Source: an uncultured Nitrososphaerales archaeon (GTDB taxonomy: Archaea > Thermoproteota > Nitrososphaeria > Nitrososphaerales > Nitrososphaeraceae). Taken from it: 64,000 nucleotides of DNA. The position numbers and the translations under genes are program-made. The DNA lies in the NCBI GenBank assembly GCA_963695855.1, contig CAVOHZ010000010.1, positions 672,001 to 736,000 on the forward strand, in the 5' to 3' direction. The stretch's first letter is position 1. The number at the start of each line of letters is the position of its first letter. A model generated the notes under the pieces. It was not told where the DNA came from, made no database searches, and saw only the letters and a list, made by a program, of their open reading frames with translations. This document shows, one piece after another, positions 1-10,410 of this stretch.

Positions 1-356
1 GATTGTGCAATTCGTGTTGCTGGTTCTGTCCCAACATAACTCATGGGAGTATTATAATCTACTCCACCAGGACAATATATACATCTGCCATGTGGACAAT
101 CATATGGTTTAGGCATTACTGTAATTACTGCTATACCTGATGCAGTTTTAGTAGGTTTAACAAGTAGAATATCCCTATAAGGGTCGTTTGTAGATAAATA
201 AGATAGTATATCTTCATTCTTTGGAATGATTGAAAGCTTAAATTTAGATGAAGCTGATTTGATTATTTTAAAAATATCTTTTGGAGATAGATCTTTTCTA
301 AGTTGCAACTCTCGTGCTATATGCTGACAAGCTTCAAGATAATTATCATAGTTCAA
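1..356 (-). CDS. elp3: Elp3 radical SAM tRNA U34 acetyltransferase, N-terminal part (runs off the window edge)
   Basis: Manual translation from TTG at 356 gives ...KPTKTASGIAVITVMPKPYDCPHGRCIYCPGG...PMSYVGTEPA, with the Elp3 CPHGxCxYCPGG motif. Confidence 0.9.
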   Translation of the reverse strand, partial: MNYDNYLEACQHIARELQLRKDLSPKDIFKIIKSASSKFKLSIIPKNEDILSYLSTNDPYRDILLVKPTKTASGIAVITVMPKPYDCPHGRCIYCPGGVDYNTPMSYVGTEPATRIAQ

Positions 357-587
357 TATTAATATTCATCACATACTACAAATCGATAATAAGATGCTTA
401 TGTTGCCCGCATAAAATAAACATTAGAAAACATGAATTGTAAAGAGGAACAATAGTTATTCTATTAATCATATCAGAATAAAAATAGAAATAATATATAT
501 TTTAAACGTAATAAAGTGTGTTTAAAGTATTAATAAAAAGATTCTTTGAAATGAATACTTATAAGAAATATGATAGGAGAAGGTATT

Positions 588-1535
588 ATGAAGGTTACCA
601 TATTTTCTCATGGATCCGATCTGGATGGAATAATCTCCGCATCAATTGGGATGATCCGCTATCCACAGGCAAAAATCATCTTTATGGATTATACCAGAGA
701 AAGTTTCATGAAAATGATCAAGATAATCGATTTTTCAAACAATTCAAGTGAAAACAATCTATATATTATTTCGGATCTTGGTCTTAATGATAATTTAATT
801 AATTCATTAAGGGATATTTTTGAACGGGTTAGAACTAGAGAAAATAAAATAATATGGGTTGATCATCATCCTTGGTCAGCAAATGCTATAAATGAACTGA
901 AAGAAATCATTGAACTGGTTTTAAACAGTTCGGGTAACACATGTGCTGCCGAATTAATGTATGAACGATTCTTACAAGGAAATGAGAATGCAGAGAAATT
1001 GGCAAGTATAGCACATACCATGGATTTCTTTACGAAAGACCAATATCTTACTCCAATATCAGAACTAATCAAATATTATCTAAGTTTTAATGATTCACAC
1101 ATAAGATTAGGTGAATTGAGTACCAAAATCTCGAAGGGAATATTGTGGGATCTAGATATGGATAAAGATTACAAAAAATACATACCTCTATATGAGAAGG
1201 AAAAAGAATATGCATTAACAGAACTAATAAGAAAAGACGTTATGGATTTAGATGTAGCATTTGTAAAATCATCTCCTTATTTACAAACCAGCCTATTTGC
1301 TCAAGAAATTTTTGATATTACTGGAGCTGACCTAGCTATATTTTACGATAAAAATGGAAAAATAAGTATTAGACGAAGTAATGAAAAAATTGCATGTAAT
1401 GAAATAGCAGAAAATCTAATTGATGGTGGTGGACATAAATTTGCTGCAGGTGGAAATATCAAATCCAAACTATCAAATACGGAAGATCTGATTTCTGAGG
1501 TAGAAAAAGCTATAATAAAAACATTGGTTAAATAG
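588..1535 (+). CDS. DHH/DHHA1 family phosphoesterase
   Basis: Motifs SHGSDLDG, ISDLG, VDHH and GGGHKFAAG; ATG 588 preferred over 570. Confidence 0.85.
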   Translation: MKVTIFSHGSDLDGIISASIGMIRYPQAKIIFMDYTRESFMKMIKIIDFSNNSSENNLYIISDLGLNDNLINSLRDIFERVRTRENKIIWVDHHPWSANAINELKEIIELVLNSSGNTCAAELMYERFLQGNENAEKLASIAHTMDFFTKDQYLTPISELIKYYLSFNDSHIRLGELSTKISKGILWDLDMDKDYKKYIPLYEKEKEYALTELIRKDVMDLDVAFVKSSPYLQTSLFAQEIFDITGADLAIFYDKNGKISIRRSNEKIACNEIAENLIDGGGHKFAAGGNIKSKLSNTEDLISEVEKAIIKTLVK

Positions 1536-1573
1536 TAATAACAATGACCGAAAAATGGTGTAAATTTTAAAAT

Positions 1574-2206
1574 TTGTTGATATTTGAGTGTAATAATAAA
1601 AAGGATATAACTACATGTATTTCAATCATCAAACAAGGCGCGGTAGTGGTTTTTCCCACCGATACAGTTTATGGGATTGGATGTGATCCATTTAACGAAG
1701 AGGCAATTGAAAGGATATTTAGGATTAAGAAAAGAAGTAAAACCAAACCCTTTCCTGTCTTGACTCATAATATAAAATCAGTAAAAAAAATAATCAAACT
1801 GGATAAAATTGGGAGTAAGTTGGCTAAAGCATTCTGGCCAGGACCATTAACCATTATAGGACATTTAATAGATGATAATATTCCAAAAATTGTTAATGGT
1901 GGAAAGAAATCTTTGGGAGTAAGAATTCCAAACAATTTATGTACTCTTGAACTTCTCAAAGGTTGTAATTTTCTTTTAGGAACTAGTGCAAATATATCTA
2001 ACACAGATTCGAACGTTACCGCTCAACAAATCTTGGAATCCGACCTGAAAGGATATGATGCGATTCTAATTGGAGACAATAATATATTGAAAAGGAATGT
2101 TTTAAGCTCTACAATAGTCGATATTACTGAAAATTCCCTTCAAATTATAAGAGAAGGACCAGTTAAATCGGAAGATATTTACGAAATCATATCTAGACCA
2201 AAGTAG
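1574..2206 (+). CDS. sua5: L-threonylcarbamoyladenylate synthase (short Sua5/TsaC type)
   Basis: FPTDTVYGIGC, KKRSKTKP, FWPGPLT and TSANIS motifs. Confidence 0.93.
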   Translation: MLIFECNNKKDITTCISIIKQGAVVVFPTDTVYGIGCDPFNEEAIERIFRIKKRSKTKPFPVLTHNIKSVKKIIKLDKIGSKLAKAFWPGPLTIIGHLIDDNIPKIVNGGKKSLGVRIPNNLCTLELLKGCNFLLGTSANISNTDSNVTAQQILESDLKGYDAILIGDNNILKRNVLSSTIVDITENSLQIIREGPVKSEDIYEIISRPK

Positions 2207-2745
2207 TGGATTTCAACCTAATCATCACAACATATAGACATAAAGAAGAAGAAGCTATTGAAGAAGCGATAATATTATTTGAAAGAGCTGGTGATAGGAA
2301 TGTTGATTTTGTTATAAGTAAAATCTCTGGGATTGTTTTAGGGTATACAAATCTTGATCAATTTGAAATAATGTCCAAATTTAGGAAGATATTGATGGAT
2401 GAGCCCTGGCAATTCAGATATATTCTAAGAATTATACCAATAGAAAGATCTACTAAAACAGATCTAAAAATAATTCAAAGAGAGGTTCAAAATTTAGTGC
2501 AGAAAAAAATATCGTTTAATGATACGTACAGAATTACAGTGGAAAAAAGACACACGGAGTTAAGTACAAATCAAATAATAAATTATATTGCAAATAAATT
2601 GCAGTTTAGGGTTTCCCTAGATAATCCTGATTGGATTATTTTAATACAAGTGATTGGTAATCTAACAGGTATTTCAATAATCAAAAAAAATCAAATTTTT
2701 AATTCAGTGATAGAAAAAAGGAACATAGGATCAGAATTTGAGTAA
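2206..2745 (+). CDS. Stand-alone THUMP domain RNA-binding protein (Tan1-like)
   Basis: TYRITVEKRH...VSLDNPDWIILIQV THUMP pattern; overlaps the sua5 stop. Confidence 0.85.
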   Translation: MDFNLIITTYRHKEEEAIEEAIILFERAGDRNVDFVISKISGIVLGYTNLDQFEIMSKFRKILMDEPWQFRYILRIIPIERSTKTDLKIIQREVQNLVQKKISFNDTYRITVEKRHTELSTNQIINYIANKLQFRVSLDNPDWIILIQVIGNLTGISIIKKNQIFNSVIEKRNIGSEFE

Positions 2746-3057
2746 TACAATTTTTCTTGTCTTTTTTAAACGTTGATGAATATTTTTAATAAATTGTGAG
2801 TAAAAAAATAATTATAGATCTTTGATAATTTGTTTATCAGTTCATTTATAATTTTATTTCATCAATTTTATTCTTTAGTATCTCAAAAGATGTGCAAGTT
2901 GATTTTGCCAATCATGCAGATTTAAAAGTATATTGAATCTATTCCTTTTGAATTATTGTATCTTCAAAATGCTGTAGACAGTGTATATAAAAATCTGTTA
3001 ATAAAGTAATGAAATACATATTTATTGAATTGTCTATTTATTTTATATTGTCAATTT

Positions 3058-3996
3058 ATGACTAGGAAAAATCATTTTTTTGGAAAAGATATTGTATCAA
3101 TCAAAGATTTTTCTAGGGAAGATCTGGAATTTATTTTTCAAGCGACTGACATAATTAATAAATCAGATCCTGATGAAAAAACCGAATTAGGTAAAGGTAG
3201 AACTTTAGGTTACATTTTTTATGAACCCAGTACTAGAACAAGGATGAGTTTTGAAGCAGCGATGGCATCCCTTGGCGGTAGCTCGATTGGGATTTTTGAT
3301 TCTAAATTTTCATCTATTGAAAAAGGTGAAAGTCTAGCTGATACTGTAAGAATAATGGATTTATATTCAGATATAATAATTTTAAGACATCCTAGAGACG
3401 GTTCAAGCAGATATGCAGCGGAGCTTTCTAATAATCCCATAATCAATGCCGGAAGTGGAAGCGAAGAACATCCAACACAGGCAATGCTTGATTTATACAC
3501 CATAAAAAAAGAAAAAGGAAAGATAGATGATCTAACTATTGGAATAGTAGGTGACTTGAAATACGGCAGAACAGTATACTCGTTGTTATATGGATTACAA
3601 AATTATAGAGTAAATATTTACCTTGTCTCGCCTCCAACACTGAACATAAGAAATGAATCAATTTATGAAATTCAGAACAAGATAAAAATAAAACAAGAAA
3701 ATTATTTAAATGACGTGATTACTAAACTGGATGTTTTATATGTTACTAGAATACAGAAAGAAAGGTTTCCAGATGTTCAAGAATATGAAAAAGTTAAGGG
3801 CACTTATAGAATTGATGAAAAAATCTTGAATACCACAAAGGCAGATTTGTGCATAATGCATCCATTGCCAAGATTCGATGAAATATCTCATTCGATCGAT
3901 GTGTCTCCAAAAGCAATCTATTTCAAACAGGCTGCATATGGTAAAGAGTTAAGAGCAGCGTTGTTAGCAGTCATATTAAATGAAAATCCCTTTTAG
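3058..3996 (+). CDS. pyrB: Aspartate carbamoyltransferase catalytic subunit
   Basis: FYEPSTRTRMSFE, HPTQAMLD, GDLKYGRTV, TRIQKERF and MHPLPR motifs. Confidence 0.97.
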   Translation: MTRKNHFFGKDIVSIKDFSREDLEFIFQATDIINKSDPDEKTELGKGRTLGYIFYEPSTRTRMSFEAAMASLGGSSIGIFDSKFSSIEKGESLADTVRIMDLYSDIIILRHPRDGSSRYAAELSNNPIINAGSGSEEHPTQAMLDLYTIKKEKGKIDDLTIGIVGDLKYGRTVYSLLYGLQNYRVNIYLVSPPTLNIRNESIYEIQNKIKIKQENYLNDVITKLDVLYVTRIQKERFPDVQEYEKVKGTYRIDEKILNTTKADLCIMHPLPRFDEISHSIDVSPKAIYFKQAAYGKELRAALLAVILNENPF

Positions 3997-4179
3997 AATT
4001 AGATTATACCAATTACGATAGGTATTCTGACATTATTTTACTGTTAGGTAATATATTTGGTCACAATAGCTATTAGCTGATATCATTAACATGATGGATC
4101 AAATTGACTACTATTTGCACTATATCAAAAACAAAATTTGAAAAAATATACAGATCTGAACACGATACTAATGTAAAGG

Positions 4180-5190
4180 AAAGAACTCCACTTGTTGTAA
4201 AATATGATAAATAGATTCCTGCAGAGGTAAGTATGAGATCTTCACAGAAGTATAACATGGTTCTTATTGTTTGAAAAGATGCCATGAAGAAGGTATAGAA
4301 GAATGATTAAAATTTATGTAAAAGTGTGGCAGACTAGCAGAATTACGTGAAATGATTATCCAAGATAAAAATTGAAAATCCTCTAGCCAACATGTTACAA
4401 ATCTAATTGTCAAAACGAGGTAAATTAGATATCCTCGCATATACCGTTTGTTTCACAGTTTGGGATTTGAACAGAAGTGCCAAAAAAAGTACTTCAAACA
4501 CTGCATCTAAAAAAAGAGAACGAATGTTTTATAAAATAAGATAAAGATATACAGCAATAATATCCAAAACTGATTCATATTAGTATCTATTGATGAATCG
4601 TTAATCTTCATTATCTTTCTTGTAAGAAGAATCTGATAAAATATGATAAACAACTAATTGTAAGAGATACTTGGTCCCATCAAAAGTCAGTCTTATCGTA
4701 TACCAACAGTTTGAAAGGAGACCAGCTGTTTAGACAATACAACTAGTTTGATGTCAACACCTTTTTAGATTATCTAAAACAGATTCAGAGGAAATTTCCA
4801 AAATGTTATCTCTTTTTGGATAAAACAAAACAACATCGTTACAGATCAAAAAAGGACTGAAATATTTTGATAAACATTCAAAGATTTTGATTCATATAAG
4901 TCAGGCCGTCATCATGAATATCATCACATCATCTTTCCAAACTTTATGTCTAGATATTCAAACATCTAGTTATTTTAGTAGAATGATACGACATCAACAA
5001 GACATCTGACTTATAAGCCAACAGCGTCTCCTGAATTCACTATACTCGAGGTAACGCGAAATACATAAAAAATGGTGTTCCTGTTTTAAATTATTACTGA
5101 TTCTTTATAGGTTTTAATAGTAAAATATCCAAATATTTCAGAACAAAAAGATTTAGCCTGCATATGATAAACTACCCGTTTCAAGATCCA
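4180..5190 (+). mobile_element. Heavily decayed IS630-family transposase relic; boundaries approximate
   Basis: Frameshifted fragments FLDYLKQIQRKFPKCYLFLDK (4762-4824), SPEF (~5028) and KYFRTKRFSL (5131-5160) resemble the IS630 element at 55.8 kb. Confidence 0.7.
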
Positions 5191-5286
5191 GATAACATAT
5201 ATTAAGCGGTATAGTTTATAGAATGAAACAATTTTATGATTTTTTAATTATAATACATAAAAATTTGGAAAATGAGTAATTGTGTG

Positions 5287-7986
5287 TTATCCAGATACGC
5301 AACTGCTAAATCCGCATTCTATGCACACATTACATCCCTCAGTGATAATGAGTTTTGATTTACAAGATGGACATAGCTCACTTTCGTCTATTTCCATCAT
5401 TGTTTTTTGAATTAATTCCACATTCTTGTTAAAATTTGAAGTTATCAAAACATCTCGTTCTTCTTTTTTCACGTTATCAAATATTTTACTTAGATATTGA
5501 ACTATATATGGCTCTTTTATATGGGAATGAATATAATTAGTAACATAATCACTTGGTTTTACAATGAAAGATTTTTCAAATGTATTTGTTCCTGGAATAT
5601 GTAAAACCTGTTCATTTCGTGAGCCATCTCTATATACAGTAACACCCTTTAATCCCAATTCATGAGAAAGTAGATATGAAGATTTTACATCTTCCACTGT
5701 GACGTCTCCAGGCATATTTATTGTTTTTGCAATAGCATTACTTATCCATTTTTGCCATATTGACTGTGCCATGATATGATCTGTCCAATGAATATCTATT
5801 GCTGTTGTAAATATAGATTGTATCCATTTAGGAATTTCATCAAGACCTCTAACAGAGCCATAATTATTTGCTATTTTTGTTAATATTTCATCATTATAAA
5901 GACCATTTTCTTTTAATATATTTTCAAATATTTTATTAGTATAGAAAAATCTTCCAACAGTAACACGTTTTTCAAAAACCAATGCAAAAACAGGTTCAAC
6001 ACCGTTAGAACAATCTGCTATCATGGATAATGTACCGGTTGGAGCGATTGTAGTAGTCCAAGAATTACGTATTCCAAATTTTCGGATTTTCTCGGTTAAA
6101 GATTCCCAATCATAAGCGTGTTGTTCTTTTGGTATTTCATAACACCCGGATACAGGTATTTTTCCATTCACATAACCAGTTTCTTTGAACAATGGAAAAG
6201 GTCCTCTAGATTTAGCAACAGCAACACTTTCTTCCATGCTATAATAGGTTAATGTTTCAGCTAGTTTATTCATAAATTCATAACCTTCTGTCGATGTGTA
6301 CGGAATACGTAACAAAAACAATAGATTTGCTATTCCCATTATTCCCAATCCTATTCTTCTCGTAAGTTTAGTATTGTAATCGATTTCTTCTATTGGATAT
6401 TTGTTCACATCTATAACATTATCAAGAAGTCGCGATGACAAACGTATGGCTTGCTCATATCTATGCCAATCAAATTCATACATACCATCTGCCTTTCTTT
6501 TAACAAAATTTGCGAGATTTATAGATCCTAAATTACAGGATTCGTAAGGATATAAAGATTGTTCGCCACATGGATTGGTAGCCCTCAATGGACCATTTTT
6601 AGCTTTGAGGCATGGATTGTATTTATTAATATTGTCAAAAAATATTACACCGGGTTCGGCACTTTTCCATGCACTTAAAGATATAAGATCTATCAATTGA
6701 TGCGAATCTATCTGTTTTACGGGTTCGTGAGTCCTTGGATTTTTGAGTGTAAATTTATTGTTATTTTTATTTATCAAAGAATTCCAGAAATCATCCCATA
6801 GTCCTACACTTACATTAAAGTTTTCAAATACACCTGATTTCGTCTTAGCAGTAATGAATTTTTCAATATCAGGATGCCAAGCTTCCAATATCCCCATGTT
6901 TGCACCCCGTCTTTTACCTCCCTGCTTTACAACATCAGTAATGGTATCAATGATTCTCATAAATGATGCAGGTCCTGATGCAACCCCCGATGTAGATGCA
7001 ACTATGTCACCTTCAGGCCTAAGATCCGAATAATTTATTCCCACTCCACCTCCAGATTTAAAAATCATGGCTGCATCAGAAGATGTTTTCATGATCAGAC
7101 CCATATCATCAGGTATATCCAGGACAAAGCATGCTGAAAGTTGACCTAATCTTGCTCCAGCATTCATTAATGTAGGTGTGTTGGGAAGAAAATCTTTTGA
7201 CACCATTAATTCAAAATATTCTTTGATTTTGTCTTCAAAATATCTAAATTTCCCTTGTACAATTAATTTTAATATTTCCTTAAATGATAATTTCATTTGC
7301 CCTCTGGAGGATAATTGAACAAACAAACGTATCAGAGATTCAAAATGAAATTTATTAAGATAATATTCACCTATTTTCAATTTCAGATCGAACTCGTTTA
7401 TTTTATCATAGTAATTGGTTGCTTCTTCAACATCCTGATTGTATCCTCCAGCCAAATTGAAAATAAGAGGATCATGTAATATATCAGCAATAGAGACAAG
7501 AATCGCAACTCTTTCGAACATCTTCTTGGGTCCTTCAATAATCTCATTATTATCATCACGCAATAGATAACGAGATGATAAAACACGTAAAGAATTGATA
7601 TCAAAAGACTTGTCAACTTCATCCAAATCCTTTTTATTAAGAATTTTTATTTTATCTTCTCTTAGTTTTCTTCTTTCATGCCTATAGAGAATATAAGACT
7701 TCGCAGTATCTGCAAGACCATCTTCTATTAGAATTGATTCAACTATATCCTGAACATCTTCAACGCTTGGGATTAAGCCCTTTTCAAATGAATTCCTAGT
7801 GATCTTTTCTAATACCTTATGACTCAATGTTTCAGCTAGTTTAAATTCTGGTTTACCAGTTGCAACTAATGCCTTGTAAATAGCATGTGATATTTTTGCT
7901 TCATCAAAATTAACAACTCTACCATCTCGTTTTTTTATTTGAAAAATAGAATTATTTTTTGGTTTGTCTACTTCAGATACTCCCAT
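5287..7986 (-). CDS. nrdJ: Adenosylcobalamin-dependent (class II) ribonucleotide reductase with N-terminal ATP cone
   Basis: IKKRDGRVVNFD ATP cone, PNTPTLMNAG, LSACF, TNPCGEQ, CNLGSINL, TIAPTGT and C-terminal Cys pairs; ATG 7986 follows a GGCGAG SD-like site. Confidence 0.95.
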   Translation of the reverse strand: MGVSEVDKPKNNSIFQIKKRDGRVVNFDEAKISHAIYKALVATGKPEFKLAETLSHKVLEKITRNSFEKGLIPSVEDVQDIVESILIEDGLADTAKSYILYRHERRKLREDKIKILNKKDLDEVDKSFDINSLRVLSSRYLLRDDNNEIIEGPKKMFERVAILVSIADILHDPLIFNLAGGYNQDVEEATNYYDKINEFDLKLKIGEYYLNKFHFESLIRLFVQLSSRGQMKLSFKEILKLIVQGKFRYFEDKIKEYFELMVSKDFLPNTPTLMNAGARLGQLSACFVLDIPDDMGLIMKTSSDAAMIFKSGGGVGINYSDLRPEGDIVASTSGVASGPASFMRIIDTITDVVKQGGKRRGANMGILEAWHPDIEKFITAKTKSGVFENFNVSVGLWDDFWNSLINKNNNKFTLKNPRTHEPVKQIDSHQLIDLISLSAWKSAEPGVIFFDNINKYNPCLKAKNGPLRATNPCGEQSLYPYESCNLGSINLANFVKRKADGMYEFDWHRYEQAIRLSSRLLDNVIDVNKYPIEEIDYNTKLTRRIGLGIMGIANLLFLLRIPYTSTEGYEFMNKLAETLTYYSMEESVAVAKSRGPFPLFKETGYVNGKIPVSGCYEIPKEQHAYDWESLTEKIRKFGIRNSWTTTIAPTGTLSMIADCSNGVEPVFALVFEKRVTVGRFFYTNKIFENILKENGLYNDEILTKIANNYGSVRGLDEIPKWIQSIFTTAIDIHWTDHIMAQSIWQKWISNAIAKTINMPGDVTVEDVKSSYLLSHELGLKGVTVYRDGSRNEQVLHIPGTNTFEKSFIVKPSDYVTNYIHSHIKEPYIVQYLSKIFDNVKKEERDVLITSNFNKNVELIQKTMMEIDESELCPSCKSKLIITEGCNVCIECGFSSCVSG

Positions 7987-8110
7987 ACAGCTCGCCTTCC
8001 AATTTTTTAACAATCATCATTATTTATAAGAATTGTGAATTGAAAATACCAATAAAAATATTATATCATGGGGTTAGATACAATTTTTAAATGCTAGATT
8101 TTGGGTTATT

Positions 8111-8137
8111 TATCGATCTAAATCATATAGGTCGATA
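8111..8137. promoter_or_regulatory. Imperfect inverted repeat upstream of nrdJ (candidate operator or terminator)
   Basis: TATCGATCTA-N7-TAGGTCGATA, arms match 9/10; TATA-like TTATAAAT on the minus strand at 8022-8029. Confidence 0.35.
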
Positions 8138-8161
8138 GCTAGATTCTACAGTTATTTGTTA

Positions 8162-10303
8162 TTATATAGATATTAATGAAATTTTATGAGAACCACAATA
8201 TTCACAAATTCTATTATTAGTACATGGGGATCGTTTTCCACAAATATTGCATATGGTCAACCTAAAGGTCATCCGAACAAAAGGGAGATCGAGTGATGAT
8301 TCAATTAACGTTCTAACCTCTTTATCGGTAGAAATATTTTCAATATCGAGATCAATAGAAAGATTTCCTTTCAGAATATTTTCTACAGCACAGTAATGAT
8401 CACATACTGATTTCAAAGAAAGATTATTTGATAGGACATCTGTACCTTTAACTTGAAAACCTTGTGAATAAAGCTCATGTTTATCGTTAAATGAATTGTC
8501 GGAAATTGCAATAGATTTACCGTATTTCTCATTGTCTAGACTCTTGAATCGATTTGAACTTTCATCTTTTAATATAGCTATCCCTAGACTTGAATTTGAT
8601 GATTCTTTAGCCTGTTCACTTATTATATCTACAGCCGTCTGTAGAACTTTACAAACAATATTTTCACATTCGTTTCCAGATTTGTAACCTAAAATGTTAT
8701 AAATTGATTCATTAATTCCAACTAAATTTATCATAGCATCTATCTTACCGAGTTGGAGATTTGAAGTAATTTTTGCTAGGAGTGGTGTAGTTCCCTTTTG
8801 TATATGCTCGGATATATTACTCACACGCTGATAGATGACAGATATTAAAGGTTTAAGCAATAACGCAAGTCTTGCTCTAAAATATGTCTCATCTCTATTT
8901 GATTGATATGCTATTCGTGGGAGATTTATTGACAACGATTGAAGTGTTACTACCGTAGTTTTTACGGAAGGATGAACTGGTTTGCAAAGGCCGTACCTTC
9001 CCCGTATTTTTTGTTGAGAAAATGAGATAATTCCACCAAGTCTAGAAATCTTTGCAATTTTATCAGTGTATTTGTAAATGGTGTTTCGGTCTTCACAGAC
9101 AAGAGACAAACCAATATTGGGGATAGGAGTATTTACTGTGTACCTGTAGTATCCATCAATTACGATATCTATCAGGAAGGAATTAGAGTCATCTAGATTG
9201 ATAGGCAATGTGATGTGAGGGGAAAATGAGGAAACAGATGATATCGAAGATGAAAGAAAAAGGATTTTAGAAAATTTATTAACAAGGTTTTCGTCAGTCT
9301 GAGCATATTTCGCAAGAAACTCGATGAGTCCTTCTAAAACCACTTCACGAGAAACCTCTCTAGTTAAAAGAGAGAGTAACAAAGGAATAATTGAATCATA
9401 ATCATGTGCATTACATAAGGAGGTTATCTTTGAAATCCCTAGATACTTCCCTTTAATATCAGAAAGACTATCTACTACAGAATTTAGATTGATGAAAATT
9501 GTATCAGGAAGTAAATTCCAGAATCCGCTCTTTCCAATATTAATTTCACCCATCAAATGCATGTCTACGATATCTTTTGGGAGAGAATTATTAAGCAGAT
9601 ATTCAGTAAAAATTGAAGATGACGTTTTTATGAAAAGATCAGGAATTTCTACATTGGACCTTGTATCATTAATAATATTTATCAAATCTATTGGGGGTAT
9701 TCCTAATCTTGCAAGTTTATTCCTATATTCATCATATCCATGATCTACTAGCACTGAATTGGTAGTTTCCCTTATTAGTGATGATGTAAGATAAGAGGTT
9801 TGAATTTTGTAGATCTTATTCTCCACTTCCTCCGTAATCTTATTTGCAAGTTCCAAAGGCATATTGGCCTCACGTACTAAAGACTGAATGATTTTATTAG
9901 AATCAAATTCTTCTATCGAAGGTTTGGTAGTCCTAACATACAACTTGCCGCTTTCTATTATCGATCTTTCCTCTATTTGACGAGCGAGACTTAAAACTAA
10001 TTTACCTAGATTAGTTATAGTATATCTCCTTTCTGCCTTGTTAAGAGACACTAAAGATTGTCTGAGTAATTTTCTTAGATGATAAGCAAATTTCCCAGAT
10101 TCTTTCTTTGATTTAAATCCTGCTAATGATTTTAATTCAGAATAGGTTAATGGTCCCTTAGAATTTAAAATTCTGAGAATATCAATACGATTGGGACTAG
10201 CCATGACTGAAAAAATCATTCTTACACGTCTTGAAGCTGACTCTAAAATTCCACCACGTTTCAAACTAGTCCTATTTGTGGTTTGGTATTGTACTCGCTC
10301 CAT
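8162..10303 (-). CDS. ArsR-type winged HTH + ATP cone + degenerate class III RNR (NrdD-like) fusion
   Basis: N-terminal NRIDILRIL...YSELK...FAYHLRKL...YTITNLG; ATP cone YVRTT..IEEFDSNKI; NrdD-like HLMGEINI and SINLPRIA; terminal CxxC..CxxC with no following RxxGY. Confidence 0.8.
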   Translation of the reverse strand: MERVQYQTTNRTSLKRGGILESASRRVRMIFSVMASPNRIDILRILNSKGPLTYSELKSLAGFKSKKESGKFAYHLRKLLRQSLVSLNKAERRYTITNLGKLVLSLARQIEERSIIESGKLYVRTTKPSIEEFDSNKIIQSLVREANMPLELANKITEEVENKIYKIQTSYLTSSLIRETTNSVLVDHGYDEYRNKLARLGIPPIDLINIINDTRSNVEIPDLFIKTSSSIFTEYLLNNSLPKDIVDMHLMGEINIGKSGFWNLLPDTIFINLNSVVDSLSDIKGKYLGISKITSLCNAHDYDSIIPLLLSLLTREVSREVVLEGLIEFLAKYAQTDENLVNKFSKILFLSSSISSVSSFSPHITLPINLDDSNSFLIDIVIDGYYRYTVNTPIPNIGLSLVCEDRNTIYKYTDKIAKISRLGGIISFSQQKIRGRYGLCKPVHPSVKTTVVTLQSLSINLPRIAYQSNRDETYFRARLALLLKPLISVIYQRVSNISEHIQKGTTPLLAKITSNLQLGKIDAMINLVGINESIYNILGYKSGNECENIVCKVLQTAVDIISEQAKESSNSSLGIAILKDESSNRFKSLDNEKYGKSIAISDNSFNDKHELYSQGFQVKGTDVLSNNLSLKSVCDHYCAVENILKGNLSIDLDIENISTDKEVRTLIESSLDLPFVRMTFRLTICNICGKRSPCTNNRICEYCGSHKISLISI

Positions 10304-10410
10304 TGCACCCGTTATAATTAACAAGTAATTAAAACTACTTTGTAAAGTTTTTTTTACAAATAATATAATGTATTGTAATTAACCAATTGAACAAATAAAA
10401 TTAATAATTG

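Noticed and set aside
5287-7986. Intein in NrdJ (extra segment before PNTPT)
   Set aside because: No Cys/Ser...His-Asn splice junctions or LAGLIDADG motifs; looks like an ordinary insertion
8162-10324. Calling this ORF a functional anaerobic RNR (nrdD)
   Set aside because: No glycyl-radical motif after the Zn site, no activase gene nearby, and an N-terminal HTH
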